IMG/VR virus record: IMGVR_UViG_3300024272_000023
Length of the DNA stretch: 64,000 nucleotides
Reading direction: 5' to 3' (one strand)
From: a virus
Taxonomy: Duplodnaviria; Caudoviricetes
Shown here: piece after piece, positions 1 through 8,280 of the stretch
Layout: every line of letters begins with the position of its first letter
Position numbering within the stretch: the first letter of the stretch is position 1
Notes under the pieces: model-generated
The model's database searches: none
Told to the model about the DNA's origin: nothing
What the model saw: only the letters and a program-made list of their open reading frames with translations
Translations under genes and position numbers: made by a program

Positions 1-12
1 GATATAATAATT

Positions 13-28
13 ACAGTACAAAATGATT
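13..28 (+). repeat. 16-bp motif ACAnnRCAAAATGATT, copy 1
   Basis: ACAGTACAAAATGATT. Confidence 0.85.
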
Positions 29-55
29 GTACAATAATTTGGAAAGGATTGTAAT

Positions 56-361
56 ATGGAAGAAACGACAAATATGTCTGCGGTTATTGACGAAATCAAG
101 AGTGCAGATGAAGAGAGTCTGCGTAAGGTTATCGAAGGCTGGTTCGAAAGTACTCGCACAGACGGTATGAAAATTGGAGCTCAGTTTATAGCCGCAGGGG
201 TAATGGGCAAATTCAAGAAGCATCTTGAAAAGCCGGGCAAAATTAGTTTGCGAGACTATGAACGTTGTATTGCGGATATTAAGAAGATGCTCTTAGTACA
301 GCTTACAAAACAAAATGATTCAACAGAGAACAATGCCTCGGAGGAAGTTGCTAATGACTAA
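56..361 (+). CDS. hypothetical phage protein
   Basis: 101-aa ORF with AAGGA RBS, and TATAAT at 3-8 upstream. It overlaps the next gene. Confidence 0.8.
   Translation: MEETTNMSAVIDEIKSADEESLRKVIEGWFESTRTDGMKIGAQFIAAGVMGKFKKHLEKPGKISLRDYERCIADIKKMLLVQLTKQNDSTENNASEEVAND
305..320 (+). repeat. 16-bp motif, copy 2
   Basis: ACAAAACAAAATGATT. Confidence 0.85.
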
Positions 362-1118
362 TAAAGAGAAGATTTCTCTGTTTGAAAAAGAAATCGATTA
401 TATGGAGATCGAAAACATTAAAGATTTCTTCAAAAAGGCAATAACGCTTGTGCCCGATTACTTCTTTGAGGTTCCGGCGTCCTCTTCTGGTAAGTTTCAT
501 AGCGGCCTTGAATGTGGCTTTGGCGGTCTAGTGTATCACACTAGATCCGTCGCCAAGGTTGCAAATTATCTTGTTAACTTACAGCAGTATAAAAGCAAGT
601 TAAATGAGGTCGAGAAGGACTGTGTAATTTGTGCTGCACTGTTACACGATTGTCTGAAACACGATTGGGAGAATAAGACTGGTTTCTCAGTGCATCAGCA
701 TCCAGTACTCGCTGCAGAATTTGTCAAGACTGATGAAAGACTCAATGGAATTGTCAGTGATGAAATTAGAGTTATCATTGGTGATGCCGTTGCTAGTCAC
801 AGTGGCGAATGGACTACAAGCAAGAGAAGTAAGGTAGTATTACCTTCTCCTCAGACGCTCGTACAGGAGCTCGTGCACCTCAGCGATTATATTGCAAGCC
901 GTGGTGATATTCACATTCTGTTTGAAGGCGAAGATAGTAAACCAAAGTTGCCCGACATCAATGAATATAAGTTGAATTTTGGCAAACATAGCGGCAAGAC
1001 TATCACCGAGATTGCTGTCGTAGATAGAGGTTGGCTTGTTTGGGCCCAGGAGAATTTAACTAGAGAGCCATTACTTACTATGATTAAGAAATATTTTGAA
1101 GAGGAGGACGAAATATGA
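354..1118 (+). CDS. HD-domain phosphohydrolase with C-terminal FGKHxGK module
   Basis: H...HD...H...D motif (YHTRSV, ALLHDCLK, HQHP, SHSG, HLSDY); C-terminal KLNFGKHSGKTITEI..WLVW. Start moved from 315 to ATG 354, which follows GGAGG. Confidence 0.85.
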   Translation: MTNKEKISLFEKEIDYMEIENIKDFFKKAITLVPDYFFEVPASSSGKFHSGLECGFGGLVYHTRSVAKVANYLVNLQQYKSKLNEVEKDCVICAALLHDCLKHDWENKTGFSVHQHPVLAAEFVKTDERLNGIVSDEIRVIIGDAVASHSGEWTTSKRSKVVLPSPQTLVQELVHLSDYIASRGDIHILFEGEDSKPKLPDINEYKLNFGKHSGKTITEIAVVDRGWLVWAQENLTREPLLTMIKKYFEEEDEI

Positions 1119-1453
1119 CAGTGATAGGCTGGACTGATGCATATACGACACAATATTCTGTCGTGCCTTTTACGAAGGAAAGAAGAAAAGCTCTTATAGA
1201 GAGAATTCGCAAGAGAAGATATAACTTTAATCATTTCGATCATGAAATGTTGGGTTGTGCTCCATTTTATGATGATAAAGTTATTTGTGTACTCAATAAA
1301 TCCCAATTCGATGACGTAATGTCAGAAGCATATGAAGAAATACCAAGAGGACAGAGACTTCTTCCGCAGGATGTTATCACAAGACCGGCAAAGAATGGCA
1401 TCTTGTTTGAAAAAGAAAAGTTTGAACAGGAAGGAGAACAGAACAATGGATGA
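1115..1453 (+). CDS. hypothetical phage protein
   Basis: 112-aa ORF with ATGA overlap to the previous stop and a GGAGG RBS. Confidence 0.75.
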   Translation: MTVIGWTDAYTTQYSVVPFTKERRKALIERIRKRRYNFNHFDHEMLGCAPFYDDKVICVLNKSQFDDVMSEAYEEIPRGQRLLPQDVITRPAKNGILFEKEKFEQEGEQNNG

Positions 1454-1598
1454 AGTTAGAACTTTCGGATACTGCGAAAATTGCGGTGACCCTGTTACGG
1501 ACGAAGGCGAAGAATATTACGTAAATGACGACGGCGAAGTATTTTGTTGTCTTGAGTGTGCATTAGAACACTGCGGCGTGACTAAAATAGAGCTTTGA
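1446..1598 (+). CDS. small Zn-finger protein
   Basis: CENC...CCLEC; AAGGAG RBS before ATG 1446 (the track start at 1332 is over-extended). Confidence 0.7.
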   Translation: MDEVRTFGYCENCGDPVTDEGEEYYVNDDGEVFCCLECALEHCGVTKIEL

Positions 1599-1599
1599 G

Positions 1600-2157
1600 G
1601 TGAAACAAATGGATTTTAAAGTTGAAATTTTAAAATACCCTAAAGAAGAGGATTGGATGTGGTGTAAAACCTGCACATTAAATACCGTCGGTAAAGTTAG
1701 TGCAAAGCTACCAACAGACGAATGGAAGAAGAAACTTATTCAGGCGGAGCATAGCCCTCTTAGAGAACTATGGTTTGGCATCAAAATGACGATACCCTCA
1801 TATGTGTCGGTACATTTTGTGCGTCATCACATCGGAGTTAATCATTATGTGCAGTCTCAGCGTAATGACAGACAAGATAATTACGATAGAACCAAAGCTC
1901 CGCAAGACGCAATGGTCGCCCATATTATGTCTGTAAACGCTCAAGAGCTGGTATTTATGGCACATAAGAGATTGTGTGGGCAAGCAGATCCATACACTCG
2001 TAAGGTTATGCAAGAAATTGTTAGACAGGTGGTTGAAACAAATCCAGAGCTTAATGATGTGCTTGTACCCCTATGTGGATATAGAAATGGTATATGTACA
2101 GAATTCAATTGTTGTGGGTTAAACAAGAAATATCAGGGTGGTGATAGTGATGAATAA
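1600..2157 (+). CDS. thyX: ThyX-like flavin-dependent thymidylate synthase
   Basis: EHSPLRE, HFVRHH..QSQR (variant of RHRx7SxR), NAQEL..KRLC, C-terminal VPLC..C; nucleotide-metabolism context. Confidence 0.75.
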   Translation: MKQMDFKVEILKYPKEEDWMWCKTCTLNTVGKVSAKLPTDEWKKKLIQAEHSPLRELWFGIKMTIPSYVSVHFVRHHIGVNHYVQSQRNDRQDNYDRTKAPQDAMVAHIMSVNAQELVFMAHKRLCGQADPYTRKVMQEIVRQVVETNPELNDVLVPLCGYRNGICTEFNCCGLNKKYQGGDSDE

Positions 2158-2731
2158 AGAACACGTATTACTTTGTATCCTCGGACGCACATCCTGTGGC
2201 AAAGATACTCTTGTTAATAAGTTGTGTGAGCGTACAGGTTTAACTGCAATAACATCATATACTACACGTCCTCGTAGAAATAATGAGGGTGACACGCACA
2301 TCTTCTCTACTAAAGAAGCTTATGAGCAAATGCAGGCGGATGGTAATGTTGCGGCATATACCGAGATTGCTGGAAACATCTATTGGACCACTATCGAGCA
2401 GTTATATGAACACTCAGTGTATATTATAGATTACAAAGGGATTGAGACTCTCCGAGAATTAAATCTGCCCAATCTTCGTCTTGTAACTATTTTCATCAAC
2501 ACGCCAGATGATGTTCGCAAAGAACGAGCACTTAACAAGCGCGGCGATGATAGACTTGTATTTATGAAGAGGGATATGGCAGAGAGAGACCAATTTCGCG
2601 TTATGTTAAGAAATGCAGATTTTGATTATGCAATATCTAATATAGATGCAGCAAAAGCATACTCTGTTCTTCGTTGGGTGGCAACAGTTGAAGGCGTATG
2701 GAAGAATAATCTCGGGGAGGAAACAAAATGA
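2150..2731 (+). CDS. gmk: guanylate kinase-like NMP kinase
   Basis: P-loop GRTSCGKDT followed by TSYTTRPRRNNE. Confidence 0.85.
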   Translation: MNKEHVLLCILGRTSCGKDTLVNKLCERTGLTAITSYTTRPRRNNEGDTHIFSTKEAYEQMQADGNVAAYTEIAGNIYWTTIEQLYEHSVYIIDYKGIETLRELNLPNLRLVTIFINTPDDVRKERALNKRGDDRLVFMKRDMAERDQFRVMLRNADFDYAISNIDAAKAYSVLRWVATVEGVWKNNLGEETK

Positions 2732-3297
2732 AAAAGATAGCAATCGACTTTGACGAAACACTGTTTCCAACACTAGAAAAAGTTCTTGAGATCTATAACA
2801 AACGTCACGGCACAAATTTTGAATTATCGCAGATTGTCACATATAACTTGTCAGATAGTTTTGAGTCAGATGTTGCAGACGAGTTAATAGAACTTTTCAT
2901 AGAGAAGGATGTGTATTCTTCTTTACAACCTTATAAAGGTGCAATTAGGGCGGTTAAAACTCTTGTTGAGCAAGGACACGAAGTGTATATTGCAACAGCA
3001 ACTGATGTGAGAAATATGGAATGGAAGGAAGAATTGCTTAAGAAGCACTTTCCGTTTATTCCAAAGAAGAATCTAATTCGTATTCATAATAAGGCGTTAC
3101 TTAATGTAGATGTGTTAGTAGAAGATAAACTCGATAATCTGAAAAGCACATTTGCAGATAGAATATGTTTTAATCAGCCTTGGAATGTGGATAAAGACAT
3201 GGACTATGTTTATAGTATATATCGTATCCGTAATTGGGGTGAGATAAATAATGTAATAAATATAATTGAAAGGAAAGAGAGAGAATGGGAAAAGTAA
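2728..3297 (+). CDS. 5'(3')-deoxyribonucleotidase (HAD, NT5C family)
   Basis: IAIDFDETL motif I, YIATA motif II, K..., DVLVED motif, QPWN. Confidence 0.85.
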   Translation: MKKIAIDFDETLFPTLEKVLEIYNKRHGTNFELSQIVTYNLSDSFESDVADELIELFIEKDVYSSLQPYKGAIRAVKTLVEQGHEVYIATATDVRNMEWKEELLKKHFPFIPKKNLIRIHNKALLNVDVLVEDKLDNLKSTFADRICFNQPWNVDKDMDYVYSIYRIRNWGEINNVINIIERKEREWEK

Positions 3298-3497
3298 TTT
3301 TGTATGAGCATGGATGTCCGAAATGCAAGGTGCTTAAGATGAAACTCGACAAGAGCGGCATTCAATATGAGACAGTGAATGATCTTGAGGCTATGAAAGC
3401 CAAAGGTTTTAACGAGGCGCCTAAACTTGAAGTTGAGGGTATTGTCATGGGATTTAAAGAAGCAGCAGATTGGATAAAGGAGCAGTCAAATGGCTAA
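3285..3497 (+). CDS. nrdH: NrdH-like glutaredoxin
   Basis: CPKC active site and EAP cis-Pro loop; directly upstream of nrdD. Confidence 0.8.
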   Translation: MGKVILYEHGCPKCKVLKMKLDKSGIQYETVNDLEAMKAKGFNEAPKLEVEGIVMGFKEAADWIKEQSNG

Positions 3498-5313
3498 GTA
3501 TAGTAGTTATTCAAAATATGTAAATTTTATTAATAAGTATAAGAAGGCAAGCAATGCATCAAGTGGTAGTGAAGTAGACGCAAATGCCAATGTTGAAAAT
3601 AAGAACATTGCAACAATGCAGGGAGAGTTACCCAAGAGAGACCTAATTGGAACAAACAGATTGCTTATGTGGAATAAGATTTCCGAAATGTTTGGCGAGG
3701 ATATGGCAGATGAGTATATCAGACAGCTTGAATCTCACGAGATTTACAAGCACGACGAAACTTCAGTAATGCCTTATTGCGTAAGTATTACTATGTATCC
3801 ATTCTTGTTTGAAGGACTTAAATCTATTGGTGGACTTTCTGAGGCTCCACAGAATCTTGATTCATTCTGTGGGTCATTCATCAACTTGGTGTTTGCCATT
3901 GCGTCACAGTTTGCCGGAGCAGTATCGACACCTGAGTTTTTGACATATCTTGATTACTTTATTAGAAAGGAATATGGCGACGACTATTATCTTAATGCAG
4001 ATAAGGTTGTTACTATGAGCAATAAACCTAAAACTATCGACAAAGTAATCACTGATAAGTTTGGACAGGTAGTGTATTCTATCAATCAGCCTGCTGCGGC
4101 AAGAGGATATCAGGCAGTATTCTGGAATATTGCATATTTCGATAAGAATTATTTTGATGGAATCTTCCACGAATTTATTTTCCCCGATGATACTGAGCCT
4201 CAGTGGAAAAGCGTGAACTGGCTTCAGAAGAGATTTATGAAGTGGTTCAATGCAGAGAGACTTAGAAAGCCTCTGACCTTCCCCGTAGAGACCGTAAATC
4301 TTCTTGATGATGGCAAGTCATATGTTGATAACGAATGGTTCGACTTTGCGGCCGAAATGTACTCAGAAGGACATTCGTTCTTTACATATAGAAGCGGAAG
4401 CGTAGATTCTCTTGCAAGTTGTTGTAGACTTCGTAATGAGCTTCAGGATAACACTTTCTCATTTACTCTTGGTGCTGGTGGTGTATCTACTGGTTCTAAG
4501 GGAGTTATTACTATTAACATTAATAGGCTTGTACAGGACGCAACAAAGTCCAACAGAGACATTTCTGAGGCGGTAACCGAACAGATTAAGAAAGTGCATT
4601 GTTACCTTAAGGCATTTAATGAGATTATGAAGGACAATTTCAACGCAAGACTCCTTCCTGTGTACGATGCCGGATACATATCTCTTGACAAGCAGTTTGT
4701 AACGATTGGCGTAAATGGATTTGTAGAGGGTGCTGAGTTTTTAGGTATTCCGATTACGCCCAATGATGAGTATTTCAATTATTGTGAAAAAATTCTTAAG
4801 CCCATCTATGAACTCAACAAAGCAGAGAGAACTGACGAATTGATGTTTAATACGGAATTCGTCCCTGCTGAAAATCTGGGCGTAAAGAATGCCAAGTGGG
4901 ACAGAGAAGACGGATACTTCGTTCCCCGTGATTGCTATAATAGTTATTTCTATATTGTCGAAGATGAAGGAACAAACGTAGTAGATAAGTTCATTCTTCA
5001 CGGAGAAAAGCTTACAAAGTATCTCGATGGTGGTAGTGCGCTCCATGCAAACCTTAATGAGCATCTTACAAAGGAACAGTATAAAGTGCTGATGAATGAT
5101 GCAATTAAGACCGGATGTTCTTACTTCACCTTCAATATCCCCAACACAATCTGTAATGAATGCGGACATATTAGTAAGCACCGTTTAGATCATTGTGAAA
5201 AGTGTGGAAGCACAAACATTGATTACCTAACGAGAATCATCGGCTATCTTAAGAGAGTGTCTGCATTCTCTGAGGCAAGACAGAAGGAAGAGAAAAAGAG
5301 ATATTATGAATAA
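3490..5313 (+). CDS. nrdD: anaerobic (class III) ribonucleoside-triphosphate reductase, no ATP cone
   Basis: YKHD..PYC, SCCRL finger loop, PAENL, Zn site CNECG..CEKCGS, glycyl-radical motif TRIIGY. Confidence 0.95.
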   Translation: MAKYSSYSKYVNFINKYKKASNASSGSEVDANANVENKNIATMQGELPKRDLIGTNRLLMWNKISEMFGEDMADEYIRQLESHEIYKHDETSVMPYCVSITMYPFLFEGLKSIGGLSEAPQNLDSFCGSFINLVFAIASQFAGAVSTPEFLTYLDYFIRKEYGDDYYLNADKVVTMSNKPKTIDKVITDKFGQVVYSINQPAAARGYQAVFWNIAYFDKNYFDGIFHEFIFPDDTEPQWKSVNWLQKRFMKWFNAERLRKPLTFPVETVNLLDDGKSYVDNEWFDFAAEMYSEGHSFFTYRSGSVDSLASCCRLRNELQDNTFSFTLGAGGVSTGSKGVITININRLVQDATKSNRDISEAVTEQIKKVHCYLKAFNEIMKDNFNARLLPVYDAGYISLDKQFVTIGVNGFVEGAEFLGIPITPNDEYFNYCEKILKPIYELNKAERTDELMFNTEFVPAENLGVKNAKWDREDGYFVPRDCYNSYFYIVEDEGTNVVDKFILHGEKLTKYLDGGSALHANLNEHLTKEQYKVLMNDAIKTGCSYFTFNIPNTICNECGHISKHRLDHCEKCGSTNIDYLTRIIGYLKRVSAFSEARQKEEKKRYYE

Positions 5314-5791
5314 GTTAAAATATCTGGGATATAGCATTGTATTCCAAGAAGTCCCAGACGAAGTAACTCTTGCAATTAATATTAGTGGTTGCCCTCACAA
5401 ATGTGAGGGTTGCCACAGCAAGTATCTATGGGAATATGACGGACATTATGTATCCGATGATTTAAAAGACTTAATTGAAAAATATAAAGAACTAATCACT
5501 TGCGTGTGTTTTATGGGCGGAGATCAGAATCAAAAAGAACTAACTGACTTATTAATACTTGTTCATAATTACGGACTAAAAACAGCTTTATATACAGGCT
5601 GTGATTTTATGAGCGACTTGCATATTCGTATATTGGGTAATTTAGACTATTGCAAACTGGGACATTACGATGTAACTTATGGTGGTCTTGATAACCCAAA
5701 CACCAATCAAAAAATGCTTGCGTGGGATTGGAAATGTGGCAAATGGAATGATATAACATATAGATTCCAGAAAGGATATCATAATGGTTAA
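5306..5791 (+). CDS. nrdG: class III RNR activase (radical SAM)
   Basis: FQEVP..SGCPHKCEGCHS (CxxxCxxC), FMGGD, TNQ; overlaps nrdD. Confidence 0.93.
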   Translation: MNKLKYLGYSIVFQEVPDEVTLAINISGCPHKCEGCHSKYLWEYDGHYVSDDLKDLIEKYKELITCVCFMGGDQNQKELTDLLILVHNYGLKTALYTGCDFMSDLHIRILGNLDYCKLGHYDVTYGGLDNPNTNQKMLAWDWKCGKWNDITYRFQKGYHNG

Positions 5792-5996
5792 ATATAAAAT
5801 TGTACTTGGCGACGATCGAGAGTTAATTGCCGAGGTAAATAGACAACTCCAAGAGACAAAAGGCTATTGCCCTTGTGCGCTTGAGTGGAATGAGGACACA
5901 AAGTGTTGCTGCAAGGTGTTTAGAGAAGCTCTCGCAAGAGGTGAAGAAACCGAATGTAACTGTGGCAAATACAAAATTATCAAAGTAGAAGATTAA
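5784..5996 (+). CDS. ferredoxin:thioredoxin reductase catalytic-subunit-like protein
   Basis: GYCPC..KCCC..ECNCGKY resembles the CPC/CPC/CHC pattern of FTR catalytic chains. Confidence 0.75.
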   Translation: MVKYKIVLGDDRELIAEVNRQLQETKGYCPCALEWNEDTKCCCKVFREALARGEETECNCGKYKIIKVED

Positions 5997-5997
5997 A

Positions 5998-6013
5998 ACA
6001 ATACAAAATGATT
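5998..6013 (+). repeat. 16-bp motif, copy 3
   Basis: ACAATACAAAATGATT. Confidence 0.85.
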
Positions 6014-6029
6014 AAAAGGAGATTTAATT

Positions 6030-6332
6030 ATGGGAAATAAACATGCATTATACATATGCCCTTATTGTAAGGGGGCGCACGAAACACCTGGCGGTCTTGC
6101 TCGTTGTATTTTAGACTGCGAGGAAAAGAAGAAAATTGAAGAGGAAATGGCCAAGAAAGCTAAGCTCGACGCGGAAAAGGAAGCTCGTAAGAAGGAAGTG
6201 GATAACGCTATCGAAAAGTGCAGAGAGCTTGTTAAGGCATATATGCACGACTATGGCATTTACTCATATACATCAGATGACGATGATATAAATCCGCTTT
6301 TCAGTTCTAAGTTTTGGAATTGGGTTTGGTAA
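6030..6332 (+). CDS. hypothetical protein (N-terminal Zn finger plus coiled coil)
   Basis: CPYC..H..C..C followed by a charged helix; AAGGAG RBS. Confidence 0.75.
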   Translation: MGNKHALYICPYCKGAHETPGGLARCILDCEEKKKIEEEMAKKAKLDAEKEARKKEVDNAIEKCRELVKAYMHDYGIYSYTSDDDDINPLFSSKFWNWVW

Positions 6333-6344
6333 TGAGGAGTAGAT

Positions 6345-6776
6345 ATGGAAATTAAAATCAAATATTTTACCGACAAGATTGATAAGCTCCGTTATATAGA
6401 CGGCAAGTCTGATTGGATTGATCTTAGAGCAGCGGAAACAGTAGAGCTTAAGGCCGGAGAATTTAAGCTCATCCCGCTTGGGATTGCAATGCAATTACCA
6501 GAAGGTTATGAAGCGCACGTCGTACCGAGAAGTTCTACCTTTAAAAATTTTGGTATTATTCAGACCAATTCTCAAGGCATTATAGATGAATCATACTCTG
6601 GACCAAATGACCAGTGGTTCTTCCCTGCGTATGCTTTAAGAGACACTGTTATTAATACAAACGACCGTATTTGTCAGTTTAGAATTATGGAACATCAACC
6701 TAAGATTAAATTTACTGAATCGTCATTAGAAAATAATACGGACAGAGGCGGACTCGGGTCTACCGGAACAAACTAA
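6345..6776 (+). CDS. dut: trimeric dUTPase
   Basis: [22 protein letters not shown]-terminal RGGLGSTG. Confidence 0.95.
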   Translation: MEIKIKYFTDKIDKLRYIDGKSDWIDLRAAETVELKAGEFKLIPLGIAMQLPEGYEAHVVPRSSTFKNFGIIQTNSQGIIDESYSGPNDQWFFPAYALRDTVINTNDRICQFRIMEHQPKIKFTESSLENNTDRGGLGSTGTN

Positions 6777-6793
6777 TAAGGAGAAATATAAAA

Positions 6794-7468
6794 ATGAAAA
6801 ATACAGAAATTGTTTTTGTAATTGATAAGTCGGGTTCGATGAGTCATTTAGCAGGAGACACTATTGGTGGCTTCAACGGATTTATTGAAAGTCAAAAGGC
6901 TATTGACGGAAAAGCCACATTGACTACTGTTTTATTCGACACTTCATGGAGAATTCTGCACGATGGTGTAGATCTTCGCGAAATTAAGTCTATGACAAAT
7001 TCAGACTATGTTGCGGGCGGCGGAACAGCAATGCTTGATGCTATTGGCGAAATTATCAACCGCGTGCAGGATAGACATGACGAGCTTGGCACGGAGAAAC
7101 CCGAAGAGGTGCTTTTTGTAATCACCACGGATGGCGAAGAGAACTCTAGTCGTAAGTACACTAAAAGTCAGATTGAAAAGATGATTAAGCATCAGACTAA
7201 TGGCCACGGCTGGAAATTTATGTTCCTTGGTGCCAATATGGATGCTGTAAAAGAAGCAGAAAGCATTGGTATTTCGAGAGATTACGCCACTGGCTATACA
7301 TACACATCTAAGGGAGTCAATGATTTGTACACAACAATGTCCTGTGTGACAAGTTCTATAAGAGGCGTCTCAGGAGACTGTGGCGAGTCTGGAGCCATAG
7401 CTTTGGATGGAGATTTCAATCTTTCCAACGCATATGCAACGGTAGAGACATTAAATAATAACAAGTAA
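6794..7468 (+). CDS. VWA-domain protein
   Basis: MIDAS motif DKSGSM, GGTAMLDA, ITTDGEEN, FLGAN. Confidence 0.9.
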   Translation: MKNTEIVFVIDKSGSMSHLAGDTIGGFNGFIESQKAIDGKATLTTVLFDTSWRILHDGVDLREIKSMTNSDYVAGGGTAMLDAIGEIINRVQDRHDELGTEKPEEVLFVITTDGEENSSRKYTKSQIEKMIKHQTNGHGWKFMFLGANMDAVKEAESIGISRDYATGYTYTSKGVNDLYTTMSCVTSSIRGVSGDCGESGAIALDGDFNLSNAYATVETLNNNK

Positions 7469-7480
7469 TTAAAATTTCAT

Positions 7481-7509
7481 AGAGGTGGTATTATTTATCA
7501 CCTCTTTTT
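7481..7509 (+). terminator. intrinsic terminator
   Basis: AGAGGTGGTA-TTATT-TATCACCTCT followed by a T-tract. Confidence 0.75.
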
Positions 7510-7529
7510 ATTTTTAAGGAGTGGTATAA

Positions 7530-8069
7530 ATGGAAGAACAAAAACGAACCTATTATTGTATTATTATAAAACTAATAAGTATTATTGTATTGCTTTGCAT
7601 TATTATTGCAATCATACCAAAAGAAGCTGAAACGATAGAGGTTATTAAAGAAGTAGAAAAAGAAGTAATCGTTGAGGTTGAAAAAGAACCGCTATATGCC
7701 TACAATATCACATCAATGGAAAGAGAAATGCTAGCAAGATTGGTTTATCTAGAAGCTAATACGGAAAGTCTTGAATGTCAAATGGCCGTGGCATCAGTAG
7801 TAATTAACAGATGGCAAGATGGAAGATGGGGACAGACGCTACTAAAGGTTGTGTATGCACCTTATCAATTTACTCCTGCTAATTTAATTTATCAAACAAC
7901 ACCAACAGAAATCAACTATGAGGCAGTTGATTATGTGTTAAAGAATGGTTCAACCCTACCAGAGTATTGTCTTTACTTTAGAACCAGCCATCATTTTGAT
8001 TGGGAAGGGTACAAGCCATATACTCAGATTGATTACACTTGCTTTGGATATTTTGTAGCAGATAGGTAG
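7530..8069 (+). CDS. SleB/Hydrolase_2-family cell wall hydrolase with N-terminal membrane anchor
   Basis: LARLVYLEA..E..AVASVVINR..VVYAPYQF; hydrophobic N-terminus. Confidence 0.85.
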   Translation: MEEQKRTYYCIIIKLISIIVLLCIIIAIIPKEAETIEVIKEVEKEVIVEVEKEPLYAYNITSMEREMLARLVYLEANTESLECQMAVASVVINRWQDGRWGQTLLKVVYAPYQFTPANLIYQTTPTEINYEAVDYVLKNGSTLPEYCLYFRTSHHFDWEGYKPYTQIDYTCFGYFVADR

Positions 8070-8076
8070 GCGTAGT

Positions 8077-8244
8077 ATGAAGTATGTAGATAGGGGAATG
8101 GTTTATATTCCAATAGATAAAGATACCACAAAAGAAGAAGTGAATCATCTGAAAGCACAACATCCAACTAAAACAGTGGTTTTTTTAAGAAGTGGGGATG
8201 AAAATATGAAAAAAGTTTTATTGAATTTTATTGTACCAAGGTGA
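8077..8244 (+). CDS. 55-aa small protein missed by the ORF track
   Basis: Manual translation: MKYVDRGMVYIPIDKDTTKEEVNHLKAQHPTKTVVFLRSGDENMKKVLLNFIVPR*. It fills the gap between the hydrolase and the recombinase. Confidence 0.6.
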   Translation: MKYVDRGMVYIPIDKDTTKEEVNHLKAQHPTKTVVFLRSGDENMKKVLLNFIVPR

Positions 8245-8260
8245 CACGATATGTTATAAT
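8231..8260 (+). promoter_or_regulatory. sigmaA-type promoter of the recombinase gene
   Basis: TTGTAC-18 bp-TATAAT with extended -10 (TGn); GAGGTG RBS just downstream. Confidence 0.6.
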
Positions 8261-8280
8261 TACCAATAGAGGTGATTATA

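Noticed and set aside
3490-5313. Intron or intein in nrdD
   Set aside because: The 607-aa ORF is continuous with all motifs at normal spacing, and shows no homing-endonuclease or splicing motifs.
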